Positions 1 to 11,418 of a stretch of 64,000 nucleotides of DNA are shown here, piece by piece. Position 1 is the first letter of the stretch. The number at the start of each line of letters is the position of its first letter. Origin of the DNA: Scenedesmus sp. PABB004 (taxonomy: Eukaryota); the NCBI GenBank assembly GCA_014905635.1, contig CM026547.1, positions 4,464,001-4,528,000 of the forward strand. The letters run 5' to 3'. Both the position numbers and the translations under genes were made by a program. A model generated the notes under the pieces. The model made no database searches. It was not told the origin of the DNA and saw only the letters and a program-made list of their open reading frames with translations.

Positions 1-1593
1 GGCCTCGTTGGCGAGCAGACCGGTCGCCCACGCGCTGATCGCGGCGGCGCTGCGCTCGCCCTGGTAGGCCTGCCAGCTGGTGCTGCCGGGGGCGAGCGCC
101 ATGATCGTGGGATAGCCGCGCACGCCCTGCAGGCAGCGAGCGGCGCGGGCGGCACGCGTCGGTCGCACGCCGCACCACGCACGCGCGGCGCGCGCGGCGC
201 GGCGCGCGGCGGCGCGGCGGCGCGCGCGGCGGCGCGCCTGCGCGCTGCAGATGCTCTTGTGGTCGTCGCAGTTGATGGCCGCGACCTTGACGACGCCGCG
301 CAGCGCGCCCGCGACCTTCTTCCACTTGGGCGCGAGCTGCTGGCAGTGCCCGCACCAGGGCGCGTAAAACTCAACCAGCCACACCCAGCCGCTGCCCGCG
401 CCGCCGGTGGGGAAGCTGTCGCCGTCGAGCTGCTCCACCGCGTCGCCGTCGCCGTACAGGCCGCCGGCGCCGCCGCCACCGTGGCCGCCGGGGTGCCCGC
501 CGCCGCCGCCGCCGCCGCCGCCGGGGAAGCCGCCGCCGGGGAAGCCGCCGCCGCCAAACTGGAACCCCCCGCCGCCGCCTGCGGGGGCACGCGGCGCGGC
601 GCGGCGCGGCGCAGCGTCGGCGCCGGCGCCGGCCGGCGCGGCGGCTGCTGCGCGCGGCGCGGAGGCAGGCACGCGACGGCGGGCGCGCACCGCCCATGTT
701 GAACTGGAACTGCCGCCCGCCGCCGCCGCCGGCCCCGCCGCCGCCGCCGCCGCCGCCGAAGAAGGCGTTGAACAGATCAAACGGGTCGCCCTGCGGGGCA
801 GCGAGGCGTGGCGGCGCGCCGACGCCGTGAGGGGCCGCGCCGCGCCGCGCCGCGCCGCGCCGCCTCCGCCGCCGCCCGCGCCGCCGCCGCCGCACGTGGA
901 ACTGGAAGCCGCCGCCGCCGCCGCCGCCCGGGCCGCCGCCGCCGCCCTGCTTCAGCCCCTCCTCGCCAAACTGCGTGGCGGCGCGGCGCGGCGGCGGCGC
1001 GGCGCGGCCGGGTCGGGGCGCCGTTGCCGCCTGCGCAGCCCGCGTGCCGCCGCCGGCGCGCCCCCTGGTGTGTGGGCCGCCGTGGCCGCCGCCCCTGGCG
1101 CGCCTGATCGTACACCCGGCGCTTCTCGGGGTCGCTCAGCGTCTCATACGCGGCGGCGACTTCCTTGAATTTCTCCTCGGCCGCCTTCTTGTCCGACGTG
1201 TGGCGATCGGGGTGCCATTTGCTGCGGTTGGCGGCGGCGCAGCGGGCGCTCGGCGCGGGCGGCGGGTGGCGCGGCAGCGGCGCGCCGGGCACAACCGCTG
1301 CCGCTGCCGCTGCGTCGGCGCACGCCCGCGAGCCCCTCCCTGGCGGCCGTGAGCGCCGCGCCAGCCGGCGCCCGCACGGCCTGCGCTGCGGCGGCTGCCG
1401 CGGCCGGGAGAGCCTTCCAGGCCCCTGCTGCTGCGCACAGCGCCTGCTTCTTGTAGGCGCGCTTGATGGTCCGGTCATCCGCGTCCTGGGAGATGCCCAG
1501 GATGTCGTAGTACTTGCTGCTGCGCGCCGCCTGGGCCGGCCCGCAGCACGCAAGGGCGAGCGCCAGCAAGATGATGGCCGCGCCTGCACGCAT
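1..1593 (-). CDS. ER-luminal DnaJ + thioredoxin-domain protein (ERdj3A/TMS1-like), multi-exon, 3' end outside window
   Basis: Signal peptide [19 protein letters not shown]-domain [46 protein letters not shown]-rich region; thioredoxin [24 protein letters not shown] and GVRGYPTI. Confidence 0.9.
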
Positions 1594-4027
1594 GCTCGCC
1601 ACGCCCCGCGCAGGAGCGCCGGGCAGTACGCGGCTGTTTGGTCGGGGCGTACCGCTGTGGCCGGCTGCGCGGCGGCGACGGCAACTGCGCGGCGCCGCAC
1701 GGCCGGGCGCGCGGAGGGACAGCGAGGCGCGGCGCCGCCGCGGGTTTTTCAGTTGTTCGGTTGCCAGCTGCCGCGCCGGCGTGAAAAAACTCCCATTCGC
1801 GTCCGCCATGCGCACGTCCTGCTTGCTTGCTGCTTGCTGCTGCTGCCGCGCGGCCGTCGACGGGGCGCGCGCTGCCGGGGCGCGTCGCTCGCCGCTGACC
1901 GAGCGGTCAAAGGGGGCTCGACGTTGCGTTGGGAGTGTTAGTGTTTTAGTGTTAAACACAAAGGGGTAGTAGACAACACAACGGTGAAGACAAGTAGTAC
2001 CAGAGCTGCAGACACACAAGGTCGCGCACGCTTGGCGGCGACGACCCGGCCGCGCGGTGTGGGCCGAGGAACACAACACTGGTGGACGCACGCACATCCG
2101 CGCAGCCACGCGCGCGCTAGCGCGCCGCGCGCGAACAAACACCCACACGCCGTAGTATGCCTCCGGTTCAGGCCTGCACCTCAGCTGCAAGGCCGCCAGT
2201 CACCACCCCGAAGAACTCGGTACGCAAGGCTGGAGGGGTGGGGGTCCCAGTGCGCGCGCGCCTGTGGTGGCAGGCGCGCACACGGGAGGCAGCCCGCGTG
2301 CACGAGGGCGGCGGCGGCGCTCACAGCAGCCGCGCACCACAAGCGCACGGCAGGCCGCAGGTCGGGAAAAGAGGGGATGGGGGCCAAGTTGTGTGGCCGC
2401 AGCAGTCCCTCCAAGCCCAGCGTTCCTCCAAGCCCAGCGTCTCGCGCACGCGCCTCGCCCCGCCAGCAGTGTGCTGCGTGCGAGGCGAGGCGCGGAGCTG
2501 TCGCCCACTCCCACGGTCCAAAGCCAGCGGCCGAGGCTGTCACGAGCCCGGCGCTGGGACAGAAGATGCGGCTGGGACAGACCGGTAGATGCGGCAGTGC
2601 ACGCTCGGAGGCGTCGCGGGGGGCCAGGACCCCCGCCAGCTCAAGAGAGCGGCCGTGCGCGCCAGCGCCGACGACGACGCGCACAGCCAGCAGCGCCAGG
2701 TCGCAGCAGAAGGCATGTGTTTGGCCGCAAGTGACGCGGCAACAGTCTGTCGGCAGCACAAACAAACAACAACAAGCTCATGATGTTGCAACGCGTGTGC
2801 GCACGAGTGCGGGCAGTGCCCGGCGTTCACATGCCGAGGGGCAGCCTGCTGCAGCTGCCGCGCGAGGTCTAACCAACAACCGCCCGGGACGCCGCGAGAT
2901 GCCGAGCCGAGTGCAAAGCAGATCGGACATGATGTGCGCCGCCACGCCCGCGTGGCGCGTGCGCCGTGCGGCGGGGGGTGGCGGCGCTCAAGTTCCGCGT
3001 CAGCCCCCAGCAACTGTCGCGCGTGTTGTACACACAGTTGGTTGGGGGCTGCGCTGCGCTGCGTGCGAGCCACATGACACGAGCCCAGCCATATATATGT
3101 GGTGCCCACACCTGCTAGTCAGCCGTGGCGAGGCGTGCGACTGGCGATGGCTCCGCTCGTCTGTTTGCCCGTGGCCCAGGGGAGAGCCGTGCATGCGTTG
3201 CGCTCGGTCGCGCCGCGGGGGCCGAGAGCGCGCGCCGCCGCGCGCCGCTGCTGTGCACAGCTTGTTCGTTGAGCCACGCAGCAGCACGCGCGGCGGCGCA
3301 GGGGCCAGCATCAAAACTCGGCTAGGGCTATCCAGTCGACGAACGCACGCGTGGCCCGTGCACGCTGCAGGGGCCACCAGGCGCCCAGACCAGACCACGG
3401 AGCAAAAACGGCCGTGGAGGCAGCTACCCCGCAGCGCGCAGCGCGCGCCCGGGGGGAAGCAGAAGAAGGGTGAAGCAGACGCCCCTGCGGGCGCGTCAAC
3501 GTGCGTGCCACGGCGTGCGCGCGCCGCAGGGCCGCCGGACAGGTGCTGGCCGGCGACCGCAGCCGGCGCCGCGCGTGCAAGACCGGTCCTGAATCACACC
3601 CAGGTTTGGCTCAACAACACCGCCTCCCTCAAGACCACACAGACTTTCCCTCGCATCCCTCAGCCGCCTGCCGCCGGCGCACCACCGTGCGCACAGCAGC
3701 CAACGCAGCCCAAACGGCGCACCTCCGCGTGCACAGCCAAAGCAGCCCAAACGCCAGCTGCGCCCACGGGAGGCATAACCCGAACTCGCTGGCTCCGCCA
3801 CTCCATGCGCACGGCGCATCGGCGGGCAGGCATGGCGCCTGCCGCCGGCGCGGCGCTGTGCTGCGCCACCTGCAGCCACACACGGCCACCACGCGGGGCC
3901 ACAACATGAGCCATGCACCACATCATCACCACACCAAGTTGGGTCACGAGCTGATCAGTCACGTTAGATGTGTGCCGAGGCGGGCACGCGTAAGACGATC
4001 GCGCGCCTCGCGGCGAAGCCGCCCCCC

Positions 4028-5373
4028 TCACCAGGCAGGCCGCTGCCAGGCCGGCGCGCCCACGCAGGGCGCTGCGACGGCGGCGGCCGCAAAGAGCGAC
4101 CCCGCCGCCTCCTCGCGCTCCACGGCCATCGCCTGCTTGCGCAGCGCGTGCAGCTCGTCCATGAGCGCCCGCAGCTGGTCAAACTGCGCGGCCAGCGCCT
4201 TCAGGCGCGCGCCGACGGGCGCCGGCCCGGCCGGCCGCGGCGCCGGGGGCTGCGCGGGCTGCGGCGGCACGCCGCCGGCCAGCGCGCCCGCCGCGGCGAG
4301 CTCGCGCATGATCGCCGCCTCGAGCTCCTCCTCGCTGGCGTCGCAGCTCGCGCCGCTGCCAGTGCTGCCGTCGCTGGCCAGGCCGCCCATCTCGTCAGCG
4401 AGCATGCGGTCGAGCATCGCCGCCGTGGCGGTGGGCTCGGGCGGCGTCAGCGCTGCCGCCACCCCCGCCCAGGCCGCCGAGCAGCCCCCGGCACTGCCCG
4501 ACAGCTGCGACAGGGCCGGCCCGGAGCAGCCCGAGCCGCCCTGCGCAGCGGCGGCCGCGCCGCCGAGCTGCCACTCGGGCGGCAGGCAGCAGTCGCTGCT
4601 GTCGTCGGCATGCAGGCTCGCGCTGCACCAGGCCTCCGCCAGGGCCGCGGCCGCGTCGGCGGGGCAGGGCGGCGCGGGCGCGGGCGCGCGCGCCGCCGCG
4701 GGGAAGCACGCCGGCGCGCCGGACCAGCAGGCGCGCTTGAGCGCGTTTGCCTCGTCCGCGTGGACCTTGCGCTTGATGAGGCTCGCGCGGCAGCTGCGCT
4801 TGGCACCCTCAAACTCGGACAGCAGCTCGAGCTTGCCGCACTGCTGGCAGAAGCGCCACAGGTCGTCGCCGCAGCCCTCGCACCGCACGGCGTCGGCCTG
4901 CGCGGCGCGGCGCGGCGGGTCAGGGGGGTCGGCGGGCAGCGGCGCGCTCTCTGCAGGTGGGCGGGTGGGCGGCGCCGCCCGCCCCGCCGCGACCGCAGCA
5001 GCTGCCCCCCGCGCACCTTGAGGTGCTCGGCGCATACGCGCTTCTTCAGGCAGTACGACCTGCCCAGCGCCTGCAGGTCCACGCCGCAGCCGGCGACCTG
5101 CGCGCGAGGCAAGAGGCGCCGGCGGCGGCGTCAAGCGGTGGGTCATCGCCGCGCGACGGGCGCCCTGGTGACACCGCCCCCGCCGGTGCCCGCACGCGTG
5201 CTGGCCAGCACCGGGAGAGCTCTCCCGGGCCTGTCGTGCGCTGCAGCGCCCCCGCGCGGGCGCACCCGGCAGAGCTTGCGTGCCCGGTCGGCCGGGGGCA
5301 TGGAGAAGGCGCCGCAGGCATCGGGCTTGGCCTTGTTGCCTGAGGGATAGCATGGGACGGCGGTGTCAGGCAT
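4028..5373 (-). CDS. SBP (SQUAMOSA promoter-binding) domain transcription factor, 3 exons; start ATG 5373 or 5301
   Basis: Spliced LCR|VAGCGVDLQALGRSYCLKKRVCAEHLK|ADAVRCEGCGDDLWRFCQQCGKLELLSEFEGAKRSCRASL matches the SBP consensus; TGA at 4028-4030. Confidence 0.85.
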
Positions 5374-6200
5374 CGCGGGGCCGCGAGGACGGCACTACGG
5401 CTGCGATTTGCGTTCGCACTGATGTCGCGAAATATCCAGGTTTCGTGCGTCGCCCCGGGCCCCCCCGCGGCGCACGACGGCGGCCGGATGCCGCCGTGCC
5501 ATGCTGGAAAAACGACCGGACGCGTCCGCGCGGCGCGGCGGGCGCGCGGCGGGCGCGAGAAGCCGCCCGATGGGCGCGGGCATGCGCCCACCCCCCGGCG
5601 CCGCGCGGTGCGCCGGGGCCCGGCCGACCCTCGCATCGCGCTGGCTCAGGCGTCTCACCGCTCATCTGGCACATTCTCTCGCGCCCGGGGTTGCCTGGGC
5701 GTCGATTGCAGTGCAGGGTGGGCCGCGAGCTCAGCCGCGAGCTCAGCCGCTGCGCCTGCGCGCTGGGACGTCTTCGACCACGCTGCGACTGATGTGCGTG
5801 TCCGCCGTGCCGCTGCGCCGCTGTTGTTGGCGGTGCGCTGTTGGCTTAACTATCGGCTCTGCTAGCGCGTGTCCTGGGTCTCGTGGCTCGTCGGGGGGTG
5901 CGTCGTTGAGATGCGATGTGCGGGCGCCGGCGCGCGGCGGGGGGGAGGGCCGCTGCGCGGCGCGCGGACCCGCGTTCAGCGCACCGAACCTGAACGGCTT
6001 GCACGCTGAGCGCCTGCGCCGCCGCTGCGGCGCGCGCCTGGCCCATTGGTGCCGGGGTGGCGCGAGCAACACGCTGGCCGGCACGAGCGCGGGCGCCGCT
6101 GCTGGCGTGCGCGCATAACTGTAAGATAAAGGCCAGGCACTTGCGGTCACTCAGCTGCCAGTGTGATGCGCCGCCGTGGCCCCGCGGCGCAGCAACGCAC

Positions 6201-7909
6201 TCAGCCCAGCGCCACCTCGCGCCCAAACACCCAGCTGAAGCACGCAGCGCGCCCGCGGTCGCGCCGCCGCGCGCGCGAGCGGGCTTCGCTCTGCAGCTCC
6301 GCCAGCCGCCGCAGTGCGGCCGGGTGCTCCAGCAGCCACGCCGCCGCTGCCGGCGCCTCGTCCTCGCACAACGCACCGCTGTCGCTCGCATCCGCCAGCT
6401 CGGCCACCTGCGGCGGCAGCAGGCGCGCGTCGCGCGGGGCACGCTGTGGGCCCGCAGCGCGCTGTGCGACCCGCCCGCGCCCCTCTCGCATTGCGAGGCT
6501 CACGGCCCGCGCAGCCGCCCTGGACAGCTGCGCCGGCCCGCCCTCTGCCGCGCGCGCCCAGCACGAGCCACGCCGAGGCTGGCGGCGCACCCGCCACATG
6601 CCGCACCACTGCTCCACCGCGTCGGCGACGTCGCTCGCGCTCAGCGCGCCCAGCGCCTCGGCGGCGGCCATGGCATCAACGTAGAGCGCCGAGCCGCGTC
6701 GGCACGGCGTGCCGGCGCCAGGCGTGCCGCCGCCCGGCGTGCCGGCGCCCAGCGGCCGCGCCGCCGCGGCGCTGCCCCCGTCATGCCAGCCGCCGTCGTC
6801 CATCGCGGCGCCAGGCATCAGCACGCCGTGCCGCAGGACTGCCGCGAGCGCCTGCGTCGCGCCGCGCCGGTCCACCGCAAAGAGCTGCGACACGATGGCC
6901 GCCTGGCGGCGGCGGCGGCGCGCGGCGGGCGGGCCCCCTCGGGCGTGAGCCAGCGGCGTCGACGCCGCCAGCGCTCGCCCGGCCCCGCGCTGCGTTCCTG
7001 GTGCGGTCGCACCAGGACGCGCGCACAACACACCTGTGCCACCTCGTGTCGCGCCCCGCCGTCGGCGACGGCGGCCGCGACGCGCGCGAGGCGGCGGCCG
7101 CCGTGATACCGCGCCGAGGCCGCCAGGTTGCCGGCCAGGACGCGCGACATGCGCGCCTGCGCGCGCCGCGCCGGGCGCAGCCGGCGGCCGCGTCGCGCGC
7201 TGCTCGCGCGCTGCTCGTGCCCCCGCGCAGTGCGGCGCGGCGCGGCGCGTCCCGGGGCGCCCAGCGAGCCCGCCTCTGGCCGTCTGCCGCGCCGCACCTG
7301 CACCAGTCCATGCATGATGAGCTCGTACGGCTGAGCCGCCCAGCCGCTCGCGTCACCGGCGCCGATGGCGGTCTGCATGCTCACCTCCAGCGCGCGCATG
7401 TGCAACGCCCCGCAGCCGCCGCAGTAGCTCAGCAGCGCCGCGCGGTGGCGGCTGCGGTCCGCCGCCCACGCGCGGAGCCAGCGCGCCCACGGCCGCGCGT
7501 CGGCGCCGCTCGTGGCGCCCAGCACCGGCGCCGCGCACCACGCGGACAGCTGGTTGGGCAGCGTCGACGCTGAGACCGTCAGCGCCGCGACGACAACCAG
7601 CACGTCATCCGGCAGGCGGCGGCCCTCTGCCCGCAGTTCGGCGAGCTGCTTCAGGAAGTCTGGCGACCCCGGGTCCGGCAGGCCCGCGTCGAGCGGCGCC
7701 GCCGGTGCCTCGAAGCGGGGCAGCTGCTGCGCCGCCCAGGGCATGAGGCCCTCCAGCACCTCCGCCTGCCGCCGCTGCACCTCCGCCTGCTGCGACTGCG
7801 GGCGGCGCGGCGCGCCCGCTGCCGCCGCCGGCGGCGCTGCTGCTGCCGCCGCTGCCGCCGAGCCGCGGCAGCGGCCGCGCGCCGGTCGCGGGAGCTGCGG
7901 GCGGAGCAT
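6201..7909 (-). CDS. Acyl-ACP (stearoyl-ACP) desaturase homolog lacking diiron glutamate ligands; about 4 exons
   Basis: Colinear with SAD/FAB2: LPDPGSPDFLKQLAELR..LPDDVLVV, WARWLRAWAADRSRH, RHE, QLFAVD, MPGAAMDDG, C-terminal FSWVFGREVALG*; N-terminus resembles a transit peptide. Confidence 0.8.
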
Positions 7910-8142
7910 GCTGCACGCGTGGCGCAGGCTCGGGGCGGCTGGGCACGCAGCTGATCGGCCGTCGTGCTGCCCCGGCGGCGGTCTGCACGGCTCTGAAAAC
8001 AAGCGCGCAGCTCGGCACTTGGTCGCCGTGGGCAGCGGGACGCCGGAGCAGGTGTTGCGAGCGCGGCCGGCGGCGCGGTTCAGGCCCACCCCGCCAGCGT
8101 GCGGCGGCGCCCGTCGGCCGCTCCGACTCGCGCGCGCATGCA

Positions 8143-8557
8143 CTACCGCCAGCGCTCGCGGCGCGGAAGCAGCTTGCCGCCGGGCGCCGCCACACCTTGC
8201 CTGCGCGCGTGGGCGGCGGCGGCGGAGCGTGGGCGGCTGCCGCGGCGGCGCGCAGCTGGCCGAGGGCCCCGCAGCGCGCGTCGCGCGCGCGGCTCGCTCA
8301 CCGCACGTAGACCACGGCCAGCACGACGAGCACCGCCAGCGCGAGCACGAGGCTGTTGGTGGCCGGCAGCCAGCGCCCGCCGCGCGCCTCGGCGGCGGCG
8401 CCCTGTATCCGAATGACCGGGCTGCCGCCGTCCTCGCCGCCGGCGCTGCCGCCACCGCTCCTGTCGCTGGGCTCTGTGCCCGGCTGCGCTGCCGCGCCGT
8501 CGCCGCCTTTGCCCGCGTCGCCGCCGCCACCTGCTGTCGGCGGCGACGCACCGGCAG

Positions 8558-8597
<40 letters not shown>

Positions 8598-10629
8598 GCC
8601 TGTTTGCGCCGCCGCCGCCGCCGGCGGTGGCTGCCCCCCAGGCGGCGCGGCTGCCGCCGCTGCCCCTGCGCCCTCGCCCGCCGGCGCGCCCGCGCCGCCG
8701 CCGGCGTCGAGGCCGGCGTGCTTAAAGAGCGGCCAAGTCGCCGGGTGCGTGGGCAGCAACTCCACGAGCGCCAGCAGCGCGCGCACCCAGAGCGTGACGA
8801 CCGACTCAAAGCCCTCGCGCGTCGTGGGGTTGAACATGCGGAAGCAGTCCTCAAAGCTCGCGGCCTCGTCGCCGTAAATCTCCCACGTGAATGACATTGG
8901 CACGCCCAGCACCTCCCACATGTAGTCGGTGCCCGTGCCGTGCGCCAGGTAGCTGCGGCGGCGGCGGCGGGCGCGGCGGCGGCGCAGCGGCGGCGGTGAG
9001 CCGCAGCACAGAGAGCCGGGCGGGGCCACGGCGGCTCGCGCCTGGCCCGCACGCGCGCACCCGACGCTGTGGCCGCCGGAGCCAACGACGCACTGCGGGC
9101 ACGCGAGCTCCTTCACGCGCTGCAGCATGCGCAGCGCCGCGGCGGCGTCGGTGGTGTTGGGCACCATGGGCTTGTGGTCGTACGGCGTGAACAGCGCGAA
9201 CATGCCGCTGTGCACGTTGAGCCACGTGTGCGGCTGCAGCTCCTTGGCCAGCGCCAGCAGGATCTGCACCTCCGGCTCGCTGACACGCGGCGCGGCGCGG
9301 GCGGCGGCGGCGGAAATCGTGGCGCCGACGATACGACCGGGCGGCGGCGGCCGGCCGCGCGCGGCGGCGGCGGCCGGCCGCGCGCGGCGGCGGCGCGCGC
9401 ACGGCGGCGGCGCGTGCACGGCGGCACCTGTGCGGGGCCTTGCCGGGGAACTCTTCTTTTGGGTCGTAGTCCTTCTCCTTCTTGCCCCAGTCGATGTCCC
9501 AGTTGCGGTTGGTGTCCACGCCGCGCCCGTTCTTGCGCTCGCACAGCGCGCCGCCCTCGACGAGCGCCCGGCCGTTGACGTTCTCCATCGGCAGCACCTG
9601 CGGCGAGCGCAGGCGCGGGGCGGCAGCCGATCGCGTGCGTGGGTGTGGAGGAGGAGGGGGGTCTGCCCGCTGCCCGCTGCCGGCTGCCGGCTGCCGGCTG
9701 ACCGCCGCCCTGTCCGCGCCGGCGTGCTGCCGCCGCCGCTGCCGCCGCCGCTGCCGCCGCCGCGCGCCTTGAATACGGTGTGCTCGAGGATGGTCCGGAG
9801 GCGCGCCAGCCGCGCCCCGCCGCCCACCAGCGCCTCCAGCTGCGCGGGGTCGGCCAGCACCTGCGCCGGGGGCGCGGCAGCCACACCGTGAGCGCTTGCG
9901 TGCGCCGCCGGCGCGCCCCGTCGTGCACGCCCGCGCACCTGCAGCAGGCGCAGCCCCACTTCGCTGCTGATGAACTCCCGCCCGTGCTCCCCAAAGTCCT
10001 GCGAGCGCGGGCGGGCAGCGGTGGGCGCGGCACGCCGCCGCCGCCGCCGCCGGCGCGGGCGCGGCGGCCGCACGCAGCCGCCGCCGCGAGCAGCTCACCA
10101 CGAGCAGGCGCGCCTTGGTGCGGTGCGAAGGGCTGAGCCCGCCCAGCTCCACCGTCACCACCTGCGGGGCCGCGCGCGCGTCCCAGCTCACCGCGCGGGC
10201 GCAGGCGCGGCGCGGGCGCGCCGCCGGCCGCTGTGGCTGCTGCTGCTGCCGCGCGGCGCTGGGCGAAGGCCCCCGGGGCGCGGTGCGGCGCGCCTGCAGG
10301 TCTGCCTTGTAGTCGCCGTCCGCGGCGTGGCGCAGCTCGAGCTTCATTATGTCGGGGTGCTCCGCCACGAGCGCCTCGACCTTCGACAGCAGCTCCGTCC
10401 TGCAAGCCGCGCCGCGCGCGGCGGTTGGGGCGCGCCGCGCGGCGGCCGGGCGCGTCGGCAGGCGGGCGGCGCGCGCGGCGCACTTGCGCAGGTAGAGGGA
10501 GTAGTCCGGCTGGGCCAACGCCTTGCGGTGCGCCGGCTCGGCGGCGGCCGCGGCGGCGACCGGCGCCGCCGCGAGCGCGAGCAGCGCGGCCGTGAGCAGC
10601 GCCGCCGCCGGGGCGCGCGCGCACGGCAT
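8143..10629 (-). CDS. Zinc carboxypeptidase (M14 family) with signal peptide and C-terminal TM anchor, multi-exon
   Basis: FGEHGREFIS (HxxE), ERKNGRGVDTNRNW, SEPE, NVHSG, GTGTDYM, FTWEIYG; hydrophobic LVLALAVLVVLAVVY; last exon 8200-8143 splices in frame to TAG. Confidence 0.9.
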
Positions 10630-11012
10630 GGCCCAGCTAGCGCGCGGGGCCGGGGCGCGCCCAGGCCGGCTGCATGGGCCGCCGGCGGCCGCCGGCTGCG
10701 GGCGGCGCTGCCGCCGCTGGCGCGCCGCCGCTGCTGCTGCTGGGCGCTCGGCTGATGGGCGCCGTTGCCCTGCGGCGTGGTGGAGTTGGCCGGGACGCTG
10801 CGGGCTGGGGCGAGGGGACTGGCGTCCGGCGGCGCGGCGGCGGCGGGTGCGCACCAACCGCCTGGGTCTTTGCGCCGCAAGCGGCGATCGCTGCGCCCTG
10901 CCGCGGTCCCCACGCCTGCGCCCCGCCCGCGCGCCTCCACTGCACGCCCGCCCGACCCTCACCGAGCCCACCGCGCACGCCAGGCGCCTCAGCATCGAAG
11001 CATCGACCTTCG

Positions 11013-11195
11013 ATGCTCGCTCGCGCCGCGCGTCGCTCCAATCTCGATCGCCTCCTGCTCCTCGCGCTCACGGGCAACCTGGTGTTCGCGGGCGTGGCCG
11101 TCTACAACGAGCGCGCGCGCGCAGGGGGCATGGGAGAGCAGGAGCTGCTGGCGCGCGTCGAAGCGGCCCAGAAGGCCCACCACAAGGACGCGTGA
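11013..11195 (+). CDS. Putative 60-aa single-TM microprotein (uORF or first cistron upstream of EHD1)
   Basis: MLARAARRSNLDRLLLLALTGNLVFAGVAVYNERARAGGMGEQELLARVEAAQKAHHKDA*; GC3-biased, coding-like codons; one hydrophobic helix followed by a charged helix. Confidence 0.55.
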   Translation: MLARAARRSNLDRLLLLALTGNLVFAGVAVYNERARAGGMGEQELLARVEAAQKAHHKDA

Positions 11196-11418
11196 AGCGG
11201 GTGCGAGCGGCGCAAGGCTCCAGGCCGCGCCCGCGCGGCGCCGTCGGCCGCCGGCGCGGCGGCCGTTGTGGAGCGCGCGCTGCCGGCGCGCTGCCGCGCG
11301 CCGCGCGCCGCTCACGCCAGCCGTCGCCGCCGCCCGGCAGGCCGGATAGACTAGGTTAGACAGCAGCAGCGACAGCGACAGCAGCGACAGCAACAGCAGC
11401 AGCAGCAGCAGCGGCGCC

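Noticed and set aside
1700..1809. Upstream MADANGSFF ORF resembling the EHD1 start MADANAA
   Set aside because: Only a 5-residue match with no further similarity.
1984..3909. 641-aa + strand ORF and many other long Arg/Ala/Pro-rich ORFs (e.g. 23117-25915, 27944-30880)
   Set aside because: Stop-codon scarcity at very high GC; they are antisense or off-frame to real spliced genes or have no protein-like motifs.
3830..3930. C/D-box snoRNA suggested by GTGATGA on the minus strand
   Set aside because: No D box (CTGA) at a suitable distance and no terminal stem.
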